DNA of 64,000 nt, from contig JAXLNO010000078.1 of the NCBI GenBank assembly GCA_038087875.1, positions 1 through 64,000 of the forward strand. Reading direction: 5' to 3'. The position numbers and the translations under genes are program-made. The number at the start of each line of letters is the position of its first letter. The stretch's first letter is position 1. This DNA is from Malacoraja senta (taxonomy: Eukaryota). Of the stretch, positions 36,405 to 48,420 are shown one piece after another. The notes beneath the pieces are model-generated. The model was not told where the DNA came from. It worked only from the letters and a program-made list of their open reading frames with translations, and ran no database searches.

Positions 36405-38201
36405 TCAACTGAACATTCAAGGCTAGACGTCTTATCGAAGACAGACGGTGCACAGAGTGGGTGTGGTAGCTCTGTTGGTGAGAAATGTAATTCAGTTCCT
36501 TGCGAGGGGTGACATAGATTCAGGAGATGTGTCAGTATGGATAGATCTGAGTAATTGTAAGGGTAAAACGACCCTAATGGGAGTTATCAACAGGCTCCCA
36601 AACAGTAGCCTGGATATAGGGTGCAAGTTGAATCAAGAGTTACAATTGGCATGTCATAAAGATAATGCTACGGTTCTTATTTGAGATTTCAACATGCAGG
36701 TAGACTCGGAAAATCAGGTTGGTACTGGACCCCAAGAAAGGTAGTTTGAGGAGTGCCTCCGTGATGTTTCTCTTTCTGGCTTCAATATATTTATTGGAGC
36801 CTACCAGGGAGAAGGCAATCTTCGATTTAGTGTTGTGTAATGAACCGGGTTTGATAAGGGAACTCGAGGTAATGGAGACATTACGAGGAAGTGAGCAAAA
36901 TAAAATAAGTTTTGATCTACAATTTGAGAGGGAGAAGGGTAAATCGGAGGTGTCAGTATTATAGTTGAACAAAGGGGACTATGGTGCCATGAGGGAGGAG
37001 CTGGCCAAAGTTGACTGGAAAGATACCCTAGTAGGGATGGAGTGGACCAAAATGACAGGTATTTCTGGGAATAATACAGAAGGTGTACAGAAGGTTCATT
37101 CCAAAGAGGAAGACATATTCTAAGGGGAGTAAAGGGCGGCCGTGGCTGACAAGTGAAGTCAGGGACAGTATAGAAATAAAAGAGAAAAATTATAACATAG
37201 CATAGATGAGCGGGAAGCCAGAGAATTGGGTAACTTTTAAAGAGCAACACAATATAACTAAAAGGCAATACGGGAAGAAAGTATGAGGTACGCGGATAAG
37301 CTAGCTACGAATATAAATGAGGATAGTAAAAACGTCCTTAGGTATGTGAAGAGGAAAAAATAGTTAAGACCAAATTTGGGGAATTGAAGACTGAAAATGG
37401 TGAACTTATTATGGGGAACAAGGAAATGGCAGACGAGGTAAACAGGTACTATGGAACCGTCTTCACTAAGGAGGACACAAACAATCTCCCTGGTGTACTA
37501 GTGGCCATAGGATCTAGGGTGATGGAGGATCTGAAGAAATGCACATTAGGCAGGACATGGTATTGGGTAGATAGATGAGACTGAAGACTGATAAATCCCC
37601 AGGGCGTGATGGTCTGCATCCCAGGGTACTCAAGCAGGTGGGGCTGGAAATCGCGGATATATTGGTAATAATTTTCCAATATTCTATAGATTCAGGATCA
37701 GTTCACGTGGATTAGATGGTAGCTAATGTTATCCCACTTTTTAAAAAAAAGCGGGAAAAGAGAATACATGAAATTAGAGACCAGTTAGCCTGACATCGGT
37801 GGTGCGGAAGATACTGGAGTCAATTGCAAAAGATCAAATAGCGGCACCCTTGGATAGTAGTAGCAGGATCGGTCCGAGTCAGCATGGATTTATGATGGGG
37901 AAATCATAGTTGACTAAATTTATGGAATTTTTTGAGGATGTAACTTGGAAAATGGACAAGAGAAAGCCAGTGGATGTAGTGTACTTGGACTTTCAGAAAG
38001 CATTTGATAAGGTCCCTCATAGGAGATTAGAGGACAAAATTAGGGCACATCGTATTGGGGTAAAGAACTGACATGGATAGAAAATTGGTTGGCAGACAGG
38101 AAACAAAGAGTAGGGATTAACGGGTCCCTTTGAGAATGACAGGCAGTGACTAGTGGGGTACCGCAAGGGTCTGTGCTGGGACCGCAGCTATTTACAATAA
38201 A
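36405..38201 (+). mobile_element. CR1 LINE, left part (split by the 10.6-kb Helitron)
   Basis: Decayed EN through RT, ending GGACCGCAGCTATTTACAATAA (GPQLFTI). Confidence 0.9.
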
Positions 38202-39399
38202 CTAGACTAAGTGGGATCCTTTGGGTCCCAGGTACACTGGTCTCCAAACGCAATATTCCACCACTCCACCAATTCCAATATTGGTGGCCATTTGGGGAGG
38301 GGGGTCTTTCTGGAGCGCTAGCATGAGTGTTGTGGGCCGAAGGGACTTGTTTCCAGAGGGCTAGTATGGACATTGTGGGCCGAATGGATTCCTGGGCTGG
38401 CAGTTCAGTCACTCAGTCACTTAGGTCTGGCAGTTCAGTCACTCAGGCCTGGCAGTTCAGTCACTCAGGCCTGGCGGGCTGGCAGCTCCGGCCTGGTGGG
38501 CTGACAGCTCATTCACACAGAGCTGGTGGGCTGGCAGCTCAGGGCTGGAGGGCTGGCAGCTCAGAAACTGCCAGAAATTCTGCTCAAAACAGGTGAGAGA
38601 CTCTGTGAGAGAGAAGAGGGAGAGGGTGGAGAATCAACTTTAGACATTTTTCATCAGATCACAGCAATGAAGGAGGAAAGTCTGACCTGGAGTGGATCTC
38701 ACTGTGAGCCAATGATGCGAGGGAGAAACATACTGGGATGAGGTTTAATACTTACAGGGGGAATACTTACTGATGGGCCGAAGGAACTCCTTGTGCGCTA
38801 GTACAGGCATGGTGTGCCGAATGTACTCTTTAAATAAATCAGAGTGAAATCTCAGTTAAAGGCATTTTTTCTTGAATTTTTCCGGCCTGGCACATGCCAT
38901 TTGGGCCAAAATACTCCTCCTGGGCTAATACGGTCATTTTCGGCAAAAGGAACTAGTTTCTGGGCAAATATGGGCCTTGTGGACCGAAATGAGTGGTTTT
39001 AGGTTGGCCAAAGGTGGGCAGTCATGTGAGCCACTCACTCGCGGCTGGTGGGCTGGCAGTTGACTCACGGCTGGCGGGCTCACACACACACCCTCCATCA
39101 CACACACACAATCCATCACACACACACAGGCACCCCCCATCACACACACACACACACATTCATACATACACACACAGCCACACTCACACACACACACAAT
39201 ATGCATCACACACTCACAGGCACACTCAGCCACCCTCCATCTCACACACACTGACTCACACACACTCACTCAAACAGACACAACATATATACGACAGTAA
39301 AATCTCTTGAATCTACTCACGCGGCTGAGCGCGGCCTGTCCATCGACCGGGACTTCCGGAGTGAGCGGGACATTTTGATCAACCGGAGTGCAGGGCCAA

Positions 39400-40175
39400 C
39401 AAGTCAAGTCAAGTCAAATCAAGTCAAGTCAAGTCAAGTCAAGCACAGTGAGTGCAGTGCCAACAATCCATTTCAAGTCAAGTCAAGTTAATCCATTTCA
39501 AGTCAAGTCAATTCATTTCACATCGTCCAGTCAAGTCAAGTCAATCCATTTCAAGTCAAGTGAATCCAAGTCAATCCAAGTCACTCCAAGTCAATCCAAG
39601 GCAATCCAAGGCAATTCAAGCCAAGCCAAGTCAAGTCAAGTAAAGCCAAGCACAGCGCAAGCGGGGACAACAATACAATCCATTTGCCAACAAAGTCAAT
39701 CCATTTCAAGTCAAGACAATCCATTTCAAGTCAAGTCAAGTCAAGTCAATCCATTTCAAGTCAAGTCAACTCAATCCATTTCAGGTCAAGTCAAGTCAAG
39801 TCGTCCAGCCATTTCAAATCAAGTCAAGTCAATCCATTTCAAGTCAATCCAAGTCAATTCATGACAATCCACGTCAATCAAAGTCAATCCAAGTCGCTCC
39901 AACTCACTCCAATTCTCTCCTAGTCACTCCACGTCACTCCAAGTCAATCCAAGTCAAGTCAATCCAAGTCAATCCTAGTCCATCCAAGTCAAGTCAAATA
40001 AAGTCAAGTCAAGTCAATCCAAGTCAATCCAAGTCAATCCAACTCAATCCAAGTCAATCCAAGTCATCTAAGGCAATTCAAGCCAAGCCAAGTCAAGTCA
40101 AGTAAGGCCAAGCCAAACACAGGGCAGGCGGGGACAACAATACAATCCATTTGCTTTCATTTCAGGTCAAGCAAA
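39400..40175. repeat. (TCAAG)n-based satellite, left part
   Basis: CAAGT pentamer runs with CAATCCATTT variants; continues at 47500-48420. Confidence 0.93.
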
Positions 40176-42327
40176 GCGGGGAGATCTGCAAAGGCTACTG
40201 GGGAGACTTTAAACTAAAATGGTTGGGGGGAGGGACTCAAATAGAGAATGCTATTAGACAGTGTGTGAGGCAGGAGGCAGAGAAGGAAAGCACTCAGACC
40301 CAACATGTAGGGGGGAAAGAAGAAAACAATAATAAACAGAGAATAAGAGGTGGTGGGGTTCTTAAATGGGTGAGCAGAGAAACAGAGGGGTGTAAAATAC
40401 GGGCGGAAGCAATAGGTAGCAAGGTGAAAAGTAAAAGTGGCAGGCAGACAAATCCAGGGCAAAAACCACTTTTCAACATAATTGTATAAGGGGTAAGAGC
40501 GTTGTAAAAACAAGCCTGAAGGCTTTGTGTCTCAATGCAAGGAGCATTCGTAATAAGGTGGATGAGTTGAACGTGCAGATTGCTATTAATGATTATGATA
40601 TAGTTGGGATCACGGAGACATGGCTCCAGGGTGACCAAGGCTGGGAGCTGAACATCCAGGGATATTCAATATTCAGGAGGGATAGAGAGAAAGGGAAAAG
40701 GAGGCGGGGTAGCGTTGCTGGTTAGAGAGGAGATTAACGCAGTGGAAAGGAAGGACATTAGCTTGGAGGATGTGGATTCGGTATGGGTAGAGCTGCGGAA
40801 CACTAAGGGGCAGAAAACGCTGGTGGGTGTTGTGTACAGGCCACCTAGCAGTAGTAGTGAAGTTGGGGATGGCATCAAATAGGAAATTAGAAATGCGTGC
40901 AACAAAGGCAAAACAGTTATAATGGGTGACTTCAATCTACATATAGATTGGGTGAATCAAATTGGCAGGGGTGCTGAGGAAGAGGATTTCTTGGAATGTA
41001 TGCGGGATAGTTATCTAAACCAACATGTAGAGGAACCAACGAGAGAGCAGGCTATTCTAGACTGGGTATTGAGTAATGAGGAAGGGTTAGTTAGCAGTCT
41101 TGTTGTGCGTGCCCCCTTGGGCAAGAGTGACCATAATATGGTTGAGTTCTTCATTAGGATGGAGAGTGACATTGTTAATTCAGAAACAACGGTTCTGAAC
41201 TTAAAGAAAGGTAACTTTGAGGGTATGAGACGTGAATTGGCCAAGATTGACTGGCAATTAGTTCTAAAAGGGTTGACGGTGGATATGCAATGGAAGGCAT
41301 TTAAAGACTGCATGGATGAACTACAAAAAATGTTCATCCCAGTTTGGCAAAAGAATAAATCAGGGAAGGTAGTGCATCCGTGGATAACAAGGGAAATCAG
41401 GGATAGTATCAAAGCAAAAGACGATGCGTACAAATTAGCCAGAAAAAGCAGCATACCAGAGGACTGGGAGAAATTCAGAGACAAGCAGAGGAGGACAAAG
41501 GGCTTAGTTAGGAAAGGGAAAATAGATTATGAAAGGAAACTGGCAGGGAACATAAAAACTGACTGCAAAAGTTTTTATAGATATGTGAAGAGAAAGAGAT
41601 TAGTTAAAACAAATGTAGGTCCCTTGCAGTCAGAAACAGGTGAATTGATCATGGGGAACAAGGATATGGCGGACCAATTGAATAACTACTTTGGTTCCGT
41701 CTTCACTAAGGAAGACATAAATAATCTGCCGGAAATAGCAGGGGGCCGCGGGTCAAAGGAGATGGAGGAACTGAGTGAAATCCAGGTTAGTTGGGAAGTG
41801 GTGTTGGGTAAATTGAATGGATTAAAGGCGATAAATCACCAGGGCCAGATAGGCTGCATCCCAGAGTACTTAAGGAAGTAGCTCCAGAAATAGTGGATGC
41901 ATTAGTGATAATTTTTCAAAACTCTTTAGATTCTGGAGTAGTTCCTGAGGATTGGAGGGTAGCAAACGTAACCCCACTTTTTAAGAAGGGAGGGAGAAAG
42001 AAAACGGGGAATTACAGACCAGTTAGTCTAACATCGGTAGTGGGGAAACTGCTAGAGTCAGTTATTAAAGATGGGATAGCAGCACATTTGGAAAGTGGTG
42101 AAATCATTGGACAAAGTCAGCATGGATTTACGAAAGGTAAATCGTGTCTGACGAATCTTATAGACTTTTTCGAGGATGTAACTAGTAGAGTGGATAGGGG
42201 AGAACCAGTGGATGTGTTGTATCTGGACTTTCAGAAGGCTTTCGACAAGGTACCACTTAAGAGATTAGGATACAAACTTAAATCACACGGTATTGGGGGT
42301 TCAGTATTGATGTGGATAGAGAACTGG
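40176..42327 (+). mobile_element. Partial CR1 copy nearly identical to 44242-46403
   Basis: ORF1 end, EN and first half of RT; in-frame TAG at ~40879 and small indels; abuts the 5' UTR of the full-length copy. Confidence 0.93.
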
Positions 42328-42332
42328 TGTAT

Positions 42333-42769
42333 GAGGGAGGAGCTACACACGACCGGTAGGAGTTAAAAAGGAGCGCGGGGCTTGCTTGTTCCTTACAGAG
42401 GTCCAAGAGCCGTTGGAGAGATCGCAGAGGGAGGAGCTACACACGACCGGTAGGAGTTAAAAAGGAGCGCGGGGCTTGCTTGTTCCTTACAGAGGTCCAA
42501 GAGCCGTTGGAGAGATGGCAGAGGGAGGAGCTACACACGACCGGTAGGAGTTAAAAAGGAGCGCGGGGCTTGCTTGTTCCTTACAGAGGTCGAAGAGCCG
42601 TTGGAGAGATCGCAGAGGGAGGAGCTACACACGACCGGTAGGAGTTAAAAAGGAGCGCGGGGCTTGCTTGTTCCTTACAGAGGTCCAAGAGCCGTTGGAG
42701 AGATGGCAGAGGGAGGAGCTACACACGACCGGTAGGAGTTAAAAAGGAGCGCGGGGCTTGCTTGTTCCT
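42333..42769 (+). repeat. 94-bp tandem monomers at the CR1 5' end (about 4.6 copies)
   Basis: GAGGGAGGAGCTACACACGACCGG.. starts at 42333, 42427, 42521, 42615 and 42709. Confidence 0.95.
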
Positions 42770-43377
42770 AAAAGGCCTGTCTCACGAGTCTGCTGTCTAT
42801 GGCGGCGAAACGGGAGGAATCTGCCGCCATAGACCGCGCACTCGTGAGAAAGTACAATTCCCGGGCCGTGCGGCGGCGTTCCCAACACCGCGCGGTGCTA
42901 AAATAAAATCGACAATGTCGAAAACACTATACTCACCGCACAACCTCCACCAATGATGCACGAGTGCGCACGGCCGCTCGCACGGGCCGCCGCCAGTGTG
43001 GCTCGAGCGCCGTGCGTCAAACCTCCTCTGCCACAGCCTCCGCCAGTGACGCACGTGCCGCCGCCAGTGAGGCACGTGTGCTGCGCGGCCGCAGTCACAG
43101 CCACCGCTACAGCGCCGCGATCAGGATGGCCGCCGCCACAGCCGCCGCGGGTGAGTCACGTGCGGCGGGCCGACGTCATCGCAGTCGGCCCGCCCTTTTT
43201 TTACTTACCGCAAGCACGTGGGACCCGCCGTGTTTGAATTAACTCGGCCCCCGCGCAACATCCGTGCGGCGCTCCGGTGGATAGGCTCGACGCTCTCGCC
43301 GTTGCCGCGCGGTCCTCGCTACCGGCGACGCCGCGCTTCACCGCCGATGACCGTTCCAAGTTCCACTTCAAAAACAA

Positions 43378-44283
43378 GTGGGTTTGTGGATGTGGGAAGT
43401 CATGGAGTCTGATAGCCCTCCAGACGTCCACATCTGCGTCAGGTGTATCGAGATGGGGCTCCTATTGGACCGTATTAGGAACCTGGAGCAGCAGCTCGAT
43501 GACCTCCGTCTGGTCAGGGAGAGCGAGGAAGTCATCGAGAGGAGTTACAGGGATGTGGTCACTCCAACACCACAGGAGGCAGGCAAGTGGATCACGGTTG
43601 GGAGAGGCAAGGGGCACAGGCAGGGACTAGAGAGTACCCCGGTGGCTGTACACCTTGTCAATAAGTACTCCTGTTTGAGCACTGTTGGGGTGGACAGCCT
43701 ACCTGGGGGTAGCGACAGCGGCCGGGCCTCCGGTATAGAGACCGGTCCTGTTGCTCAGAAGGGTAAGAAGAGGAGGGCAATATTAATAGGGGACTCTATA
43801 GTTAGAGGGTCAGACAGGCGATTCTGTGGACGCAGTCGGGAGACCCGGATGGTAGTTTGCCTCGCTGGTGCCAGGGTCTGTGATGTGTCTCAACGTGTCC
43901 AAGACATCCTGAAAGGGCAGGGAGAGGAGCCCGAAGTCGTGATACATATAGGTACCAATGACATAGGTAAAAAAAGAGAAGAGGTCCTGAAAGGAGAATT
44001 TAGGGAGTTAGGAGGGGAGTTAAAGAGAAGGACAGCGAAGGTAACAATCTCGGGATTACTGCCTGTGCCACGCGACAGTGAGAGTAGGAATGGAGCGAGG
44101 TGGAGGATAAATGCGTGGCTGAAGGACTGGTGCAGAAGGCAGGGATTCAAATTTCTGGATCATTGGGACCTCTTTTGTGGAAGGTACGACCTGTACAAAA
44201 AGGATGGGTTGCACTTGAACCTGAAGGGGACCGATATCCTGGCGGGGAGATCTGCAAAGGCTACTGGGGAGACTTTAAACTAG
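43378..44283 (+). CDS. CR1 ORF1p: partial zinc finger, coiled coil and SGNH esterase domain
   Basis: MWEV..CVRC..LEQQLDDL; IGDSIVRG, AGAR, HIGTND, DGLHLN. True start uncertain: first ATG is 43390 and the first CxxC pair is not in frame. Confidence 0.85.
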   Translation: MGLWMWEVMESDSPPDVHICVRCIEMGLLLDRIRNLEQQLDDLRLVRESEEVIERSYRDVVTPTPQEAGKWITVGRGKGHRQGLESTPVAVHLVNKYSCLSTVGVDSLPGGSDSGRASGIETGPVAQKGKKRRAILIGDSIVRGSDRRFCGRSRETRMVVCLAGARVCDVSQRVQDILKGQGEEPEVVIHIGTNDIGKKREEVLKGEFRELGGELKRRTAKVTISGLLPVPRDSESRNGARWRINAWLKDWCRRQGFKFLDHWDLFCGRYDLYKKDGLHLNLKGTDILAGRSAKATGETLN

Positions 44284-47200
44284 AATGGTTGGGGGGAGGG
44301 ACTCAAATAGAGAATGCTATTAGACAGTGTGTGAGGCAGGAGGCAGAGAAGGAAAGCACTCAGGCCCAACATGTAGGGGGGAAAGAAGAAAACAATAATA
44401 AACAGAGAATAAGAGGTGGTGGGGTTCTTAAGTGGGTGAGCAGAGAAACAGAGGGGTGCAAAATGCAGGCGGAAGCAATAGGTAGCAAGGTGAAAAGTAA
44501 AAGTGGCAGGCAGACAAATCCAGGGCAAAAATCAAAAAGAGACACTTTCCAACATAATTGTATAAGGGGTAAGAGCGTTGTAAAAACAAGCCTGAAGGCT
44601 TTGTGTCTCAATGCAAGGAGCATTCGTAATAAGGTCGATGAGTTGAACGTGCAGATAGCAATTAATGATTATGATATAGTTGGGATCACGGAGACATGGC
44701 TCCAGGGTGACCAAGGCTGGGAGCTGAACATCCAGGGATATTCAATATTCAGGAGGGATAGAGAGAAAGGAAAAGGAGGTGGGGTAGCGTTGCTGGTTAG
44801 AGAGGAGATTAACGCAGTGGAAAGGAAGGACATTAGCTTGGAGGATGTGGAATCGGTATGGGTAGAGCTACGAAATACTAAGGGGCAGAAAACGCTGGTG
44901 GGTGTTGTGTACAGGCCACCTAGCAGTAGTAGTGAAGTTGGGGATGGCATCAAACAGGAAATTAGAAATGCGTGCAACAAAGGCAAAACAGTTATAATGG
45001 GTGACTTCAATCTACATATAGATTGGGTGAATCAAATTGGCAGGGGTGCTGAGGAAGAGGATTTCTTGGAATGTATGAGGGATAGTTATCTAAACCAACA
45101 TGTAGAGGAACCAACGAGAGAGCAGGCTATTCTAGACTGGGTATTGAGTAATGAGGAAGGGTTAGTTAGCAGACTTGTTGTGCGTGCCCCCTTGGGCAAG
45201 AGTGACCATAATATGGTTGAGTTCTTCATTAGGATGGAGAGTGACATTGTTAATTCAGAAACAACGGTTCTGAACTTAAAGAAAGGTCACTTTGAGGACA
45301 TGAGACGTGAATTGGCCAAGATTGACTGGCAATTAGTTCTAAAAGGGTTGACGGTGGATATGCAATGGAAGGCATTTAAAGACTGCATGGATGAACTACA
45401 AAAAATGTTCATCCCAGTTTGGCAAAAGAATAAATCAGGGAAGGTAGTGCATCCGTGGATAACAAGGGAAATCAGGGATAGTATCAAAGCAAAAGATGTT
45501 GCGTACAAATTAGCCAGAAAAAGCAGCATACCAGAGGACTGGGAGAAATTCAGAGACCAGCAGAGGAGGACAAAGGGCTTAATTAGGAAGGGGAAAATAG
45601 ATTATGAAAGGAAACTGGCAGGGAACATAAAAACTGACTGCAAAAGTTTTTATAGATATGTGAAGAGAAAGAGATTAGTTAAAACAAATGTAGGTCCCTT
45701 GCAGTCAGAAACAGGTGAATTGATCATGGGGAACAAGGATATGGCGGACCAATTGAATAACTACTTTGGTTCCGTCTTCACTAACGAAGACATAAATAAT
45801 CTGCCGGAAATAGCAGGGGGCCGCGGGTCAAAGGAGATGGAGGAACTGAGTGAAATCCAGGTTAGTCGGGAAGTGGTGTTGGGTAAATTGAATGGATTAA
45901 AGGCCGATAAATCACCAGGGCCAGATAGGCTGCATCCCAGAGTACTTAAGGAAGTAGCTCCAGAAATAGTGGATGCATTAGTGATAATTTTTCAAAATTC
46001 TTTAGATTCTGGAGTAGTTCCTGAGGATTGGAGGGTAGCAAACGTAACCCCACTTTTTAAGAAGGGAGGGAGAGAGAAAACGGGGAATTACAGACCAGTT
46101 AGTCTAACATCGGTAGTGGGGAAACTGCTAGAGTCAGTTATTAAAGATGGGATAGCAGCACATTTGGAAAGTGGTGAAATCATTGGACAAAGTCAGCATG
46201 GATTTACGAAAGGTAAATCGTGTCTGACGAATCTTATAGAATTTTTCGAGGATGTAACTAGTAGAGTGGATAGGGGAGAACCAGTGGATGTGTTGTATCT
46301 GGACTTTCAGAAGGCTTTCGACAAGGTACCACGTAAGAGATTAGGATACAAGCTTAAATCACACGGTATTGGGGGTTCAGTATTGATGTGGATAGAGAAC
46401 TGGCTGGCAAACAGGAAGCAAAGAGTAGGAGTAAACGGGTCCTTTTCACAATGGCAGGCAGTGACTAGTGGGGTACCGCAAGGCTCAGTGCTGGGACCCC
46501 AGCTATTTACAATTTATATTAATGATCTGGACGAGGGAATTGAAAGCAACATCTCCAAGTTTGCGGATGACACTAAGCTGGGGGGCAGTGTTAGCTGTGA
46601 GGAGGATGCTAGGAGACTGCAAGGTGACTTGGATAGGCTGGGTGAGTGGGCAAATGTTTGGCAGATGCAGTATAATGTGGATAAATGTGAGGTTATCCAC
46701 TTTGGTGGCAAAAACGGGAAGGCAGACTATTATCTAAATGGTGGCCGATTAGGAAATGGGGAGGTGCAGCGAGACCTGGGTGTCATGGTACACCAGTCAT
46801 TGAAAGTAGGCATGCAGGTGCAGCAGGCAGTGAAGAAAGCGAATGGTATGTTGGCCTTCATAGCAAGAGGATTTGAGTATAGGAGCAGGGAGGTTCTACT
46901 GCAGTTGTACAGGGTCTTGGTGAGACCACACCTGGAGTATTGCGTACAGTTTTGGTCTCCAAATCTGAGGAAGGACATTATAGCCATAGTGGGAGTGCAG
47001 AGAAGGTTCACCAGACTGATTCCTGGGATGTCAGGAATTTCATATGAAGAAAGACTGGATAGTCTTGGCTTATACTCGCTAGAATTTAGGAGATTGAGAG
47101 GGGATCTTATAGAAACGTACAAAATTCTTATGGGGTTGGACAGGCTAGATGCAGGAAGATTGTTCCCGATGTTGGGGAAGTCCAGGACAAGGGGTCACAG

Positions 47201-47399
47201 CTTAAGGATAAGGGGGAAATCCTTTAAGACCGAGATGAGGAAAAACCTTTTCACACAGAGAGTGGTGAATCTCTGGAACTCTCTGCCACAGAGGGTAGTT
47301 GAGGCCAGTTCATTGGCTATATTTAAGAGGGAGTTGGATGTGGCCCTTGTGGCTAAGGGGATCAGGGGGTATGGAGAGAAGGCAGGTACGGGGTACTGA
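44100..47399 (+). CDS. CR1 ORF2p: APE endonuclease plus reverse transcriptase, intact
   Basis: LNARS, GITETW, GGGVAL, YRPP, GDFN, SDHN; YRPVSLTS, QHGF, DFQKAFD, GVPQGSVLGP, FADD; RPHLEY. 1099 open codons; first ATG is at 44463. Confidence 0.96.
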   Translation: MEDKCVAEGLVQKAGIQISGSLGPLLWKVRPVQKGWVALEPEGDRYPGGEICKGYWGDFKLEWLGGGTQIENAIRQCVRQEAEKESTQAQHVGGKEENNNKQRIRGGGVLKWVSRETEGCKMQAEAIGSKVKSKSGRQTNPGQKSKRDTFQHNCIRGKSVVKTSLKALCLNARSIRNKVDELNVQIAINDYDIVGITETWLQGDQGWELNIQGYSIFRRDREKGKGGGVALLVREEINAVERKDISLEDVESVWVELRNTKGQKTLVGVVYRPPSSSSEVGDGIKQEIRNACNKGKTVIMGDFNLHIDWVNQIGRGAEEEDFLECMRDSYLNQHVEEPTREQAILDWVLSNEEGLVSRLVVRAPLGKSDHNMVEFFIRMESDIVNSETTVLNLKKGHFEDMRRELAKIDWQLVLKGLTVDMQWKAFKDCMDELQKMFIPVWQKNKSGKVVHPWITREIRDSIKAKDVAYKLARKSSIPEDWEKFRDQQRRTKGLIRKGKIDYERKLAGNIKTDCKSFYRYVKRKRLVKTNVGPLQSETGELIMGNKDMADQLNNYFGSVFTNEDINNLPEIAGGRGSKEMEELSEIQVSREVVLGKLNGLKADKSPGPDRLHPRVLKEVAPEIVDALVIIFQNSLDSGVVPEDWRVANVTPLFKKGGREKTGNYRPVSLTSVVGKLLESVIKDGIAAHLESGEIIGQSQHGFTKGKSCLTNLIEFFEDVTSRVDRGEPVDVLYLDFQKAFDKVPRKRLGYKLKSHGIGGSVLMWIENWLANRKQRVGVNGSFSQWQAVTSGVPQGSVLGPQLFTIYINDLDEGIESNISKFADDTKLGGSVSCEEDARRLQGDLDRLGEWANVWQMQYNVDKCEVIHFGGKNGKADYYLNGGRLGNGEVQRDLGVMVHQSLKVGMQVQQAVKKANGMLAFIARGFEYRSREVLLQLYRVLVRPHLEYCVQFWSPNLRKDIIAIVGVQRRFTRLIPGMSGISYEERLDSLGLYSLEFRRLRGDLIETYKILMGLDRLDAGRLFPMLGKSRTRGHSLRIRGKSFKTEMRKNLFTQRVVNLWNSLPQRVVEASSLAIFKRELDVALVAKGIRGYGEKAGTGY

Positions 47400-47499
47400 G
47401 TTGGATGATCAGCCATGATCATATTGAATGGCGGTGCAGGCTCGAAGGGCCGAATGGCCTACTCCTGCACCTATTTTCTATGTATCTATGTATCTATGT

Positions 47500-48420
47500 A
47501 AAGGCAAAGCAAAAGCAAAAGCACAGGGCAGGCGGGGCCAGCCAGCAATGCAATTCATTTGCTCTCATTTCAGGACAAGCAAATCAAAGGCAAAGCAAAA
47601 GCAAAAGCACAGCACAGGCGGGGCTGGCCAACAATGCAATCCATTTGCTTTCATTTCAGGTCAAGCAAAGCAAAGACAAAGCAAAAGCAAAAGCACATGG
47701 CAGGCGGGGCCAGCCAACAATACAATCCATTTGCTATCATTTCAGGTCAAGCAAAGCAAATCAAGTCAAGTCAAGTTAAGTCAATCCATTTCAAGTCAAG
47801 TCAAGTCAATCGATTTAAAGTCAAGTCAAGTCAGGTCAATCCATTTCAAGTCAAGTCAAGTCAAGTCAAGTAAATCGATTTCAAGTCAAGTCAAGTCAAG
47901 TCAGGTCAATCTATTTCAAGTCAAGTCAAGTCAAGTCAATCCAAGTAAATCCAAGTCAATCCAAGTCAATCCAAGTCAAGCCAAGCCAAGTCAAGTAAAG
48001 CCAAGCCAAGCACGGGGCAGGCGGGGCCAACAATACAGTCCATTTGCTTTCATTTAAGGTCAAGCAAAGCAAAGGCAAAGCAAAAGAAAAAGCACAGGGC
48101 AGGCGGGGCCAGTCAACAATACAATCATTTTGCTTTCATTTAAGGTCAAGCAAAACAAAGGCAAAGCAAATCAAAAGCACAGGGCAGGCGGGGCCAGCCA
48201 ACAATGCAATCAATTTGCTTTCATTTCAGGCCAAGCAAAGCAAAAGCAAAAGCACACGGCAGGTCAAACAAGTCATTGCATTTTCATTTCATTTCCATTT
48301 CCATTGAAGTTTCAAGCACAGGGCTGGCTAAACTACTCATTGCATTTTCATTTAATTTCCATTTCCATTGCAGTTTCAAGCACAGGGCAGGCCAAACAAC
48401 TCATTGCATTTTCACTTTGG
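47500..48420. repeat. (TCAAG)n / GCAAA composite satellite, right part
   Basis: AAGCACAGGGCAGGCGGGGCCAGCCAACAATGCAATCCATTTGC units plus CAAGT runs. Confidence 0.9.

Larger units (their letters stand above)
42328..47499 (+). mobile_element. Full-length CR1 LINE (~5.2 kb)
   Basis: Tandem 5' monomers, CpG-rich UTR, ORF1, uninterrupted ORF2, ~100-nt 3' UTR and (CTATGTAT)n tail. Confidence 0.95.

Noticed and set aside
43378..44283. Host or bacterial SGNH hydrolase gene
   Set aside because: An esterase domain is a known component of CR1 ORF1p, and it lies between the LINE 5' UTR and ORF2.
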